Shown here in pieces: positions 62,995 through 64,000 of a stretch of DNA of 64,000 nucleotides; position 1 is the first letter of the stretch, and the number at the start of each line of letters is the position of its first letter. The notes under the pieces were generated by a model. The model did not search any database. It saw nothing but the letters and a program-made list of their open reading frames with translations, and had not been told where the DNA came from. This DNA is from Candidatus Oxydemutator sp. GTDB taxonomy: Bacteria > Pseudomonadota > Gammaproteobacteria > Poriferisulfidales > Oxydemutatoraceae. The stretch lies in contig OZ241883.1 of the NCBI GenBank assembly GCA_965203445.1, forward strand, positions 1,440,001 to 1,504,000. The letters are read 5' to 3'. Both the position numbers and the translations under genes were made by a program.

Positions 62995-64000
62995 TGCCGG
63001 TCGTGCTGCTGACCGACGCCTTCTTCTTCGCGCTGACCGCGCTGGTCGCGGTCTATGCCTTCGTCGTGACCAGAAAGCCGCACCTGCAAGGCGCGTGGCG
63101 CAAACTGGCGCGCGACCGCACGGCCATGGTGGCGCTCGTCGTGATCGCGTTTTACTTCGTCGTCGCGCTGCTCGACTCGATCCACTTCCGCCCGCGCCTC
63201 GAGACGGGCGCCGACGGCGCCGGCGTCTATGCCAACGAGGTGGTCAGCCTCCTGGATCGCCTAGTGCTGCCGTTGGGCGAGCGCTTCGAGAAGACCTATT
63301 CCGAGCCGTTTGCGACGCACGCCTACGTCAAGGAGACGTTCGAGGAGGACGGCGTCGTGCGCCGCGACTACCCGCGCCTTGCGTACGGCGGCGCCCATCT
63401 CGACGATGCCGCGCACGCGGCCTCGGACATCGCGTGGCGCGCCGTGTCGTGGGCCGCGGCCGGGGCCTCGGTATGCGCCGCGCTGTTCACGCTGGCGTGC
63501 GCCTGGGGCGCGCGCCGGCGCCGCCGGCGCGCCCTCGATCTGATGCGCGCGGTCGCGCGTGGCGCCACCGAATTGCCGCTGCGCGCGGTCGCAATCACGT
63601 TCGCGCTGCTCGTCATCGCGGTGTTCGTCGCCGCCGGCCTGAGCGCCGACTATCACGTGTTCGGCACCGACAAGATCGGCCAGGACGTGCTCTATCAGGC
63701 GTTGAAGAGCGTGCGCACCGGTTTTCTGATCGGCACGCTGACGACGCTGATCATGCTGCCGTTCGCGCTGCTGCTGGGCGTCTGCGCCGGTTACTTTCTG
63801 GGTTGGGTGGACGACGTCATCCAGTATCTGTACACGACGCTGAACTCGATTCCGGGGGTGTTGCTGATAGCGGCGATGGTGCTGATGCTGCAACTGTACA
63901 TGGATCAGCACGGCGAGCGCTTCGACGATCTGGTCACGCGCGCCGACGCGCGCCTGTTGTTCCTGTGCGCGATATTGGGCATCACCAGCTGGACCGGCTT
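62994..64000 (+). CDS. Peptide ABC transporter permease (DppC-like), truncated by window end
   Basis: TGATG overlap; HVFGTDKIGQDV, AGYFLGWVDD. Confidence 0.85.
   Translation, partial: MPVVLLTDAFFFALTALVAVYAFVVTRKPHLQGAWRKLARDRTAMVALVVIAFYFVVALLDSIHFRPRLETGADGAGVYANEVVSLLDRLVLPLGERFEKTYSEPFATHAYVKETFEEDGVVRRDYPRLAYGGAHLDDAAHAASDIAWRAVSWAAAGASVCAALFTLACAWGARRRRRRALDLMRAVARGATELPLRAVAITFALLVIAVFVAAGLSADYHVFGTDKIGQDVLYQALKSVRTGFLIGTLTTLIMLPFALLLGVCAGYFLGWVDDVIQYLYTTLNSIPGVLLIAAMVLMLQLYMDQHGERFDDLVTRADARLLFLCAILGITSWTG

Overview
GC-rich gammaproteobacterial chromosome segment. Most of it is housekeeping synteny: prmC-prfA-hemA; TPR-lolB-ispE-tRNA-Gln-prs-rplY-pth-ychF; proS; dapA-bamC; leuCDB-asd-fimV-truA-lysC-csrA-tRNA-Ser; rnpB; tig-clpP-clpX-lon-hupB-tRNAs-ppiD; fabI; a peptide ABC transporter. 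AT-richer accessory inserts interrupt it. (1) A defence island at 1-5.3 kb holds a Fic/Doc gene, an internally deleted IS5, a Thoeris-ThsB-like TIR protein with a phage Mu gpF (MuF) domain inserted in frame inside the TIR fold, a coupled small membrane protein, a ClpP-fold SDH protease and a Mod-like methyltransferase. The methyltransferase has a relic duplicate of its 5' end upstream and has apparently lost its central segment. (2) An intact IS481-family element. (3) A type II RM pair between rplY and pth. (4) A complete type II-C CRISPR-Cas9 locus (40 repeats, tracrRNA, 1034-aa Cas9) between ychF and tRNA-Met. (5) An orphan nuclease and a mazEF pair after tRNA-Ser. The best novelty candidates are the TIR::MuF plus membrane-effector operon and a window-wide near-absence of ATCGAC/GTCGAT, which is replaced by ATAGAC. 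All calls come from manual motif reading; no database searches were run, and counts are manual.
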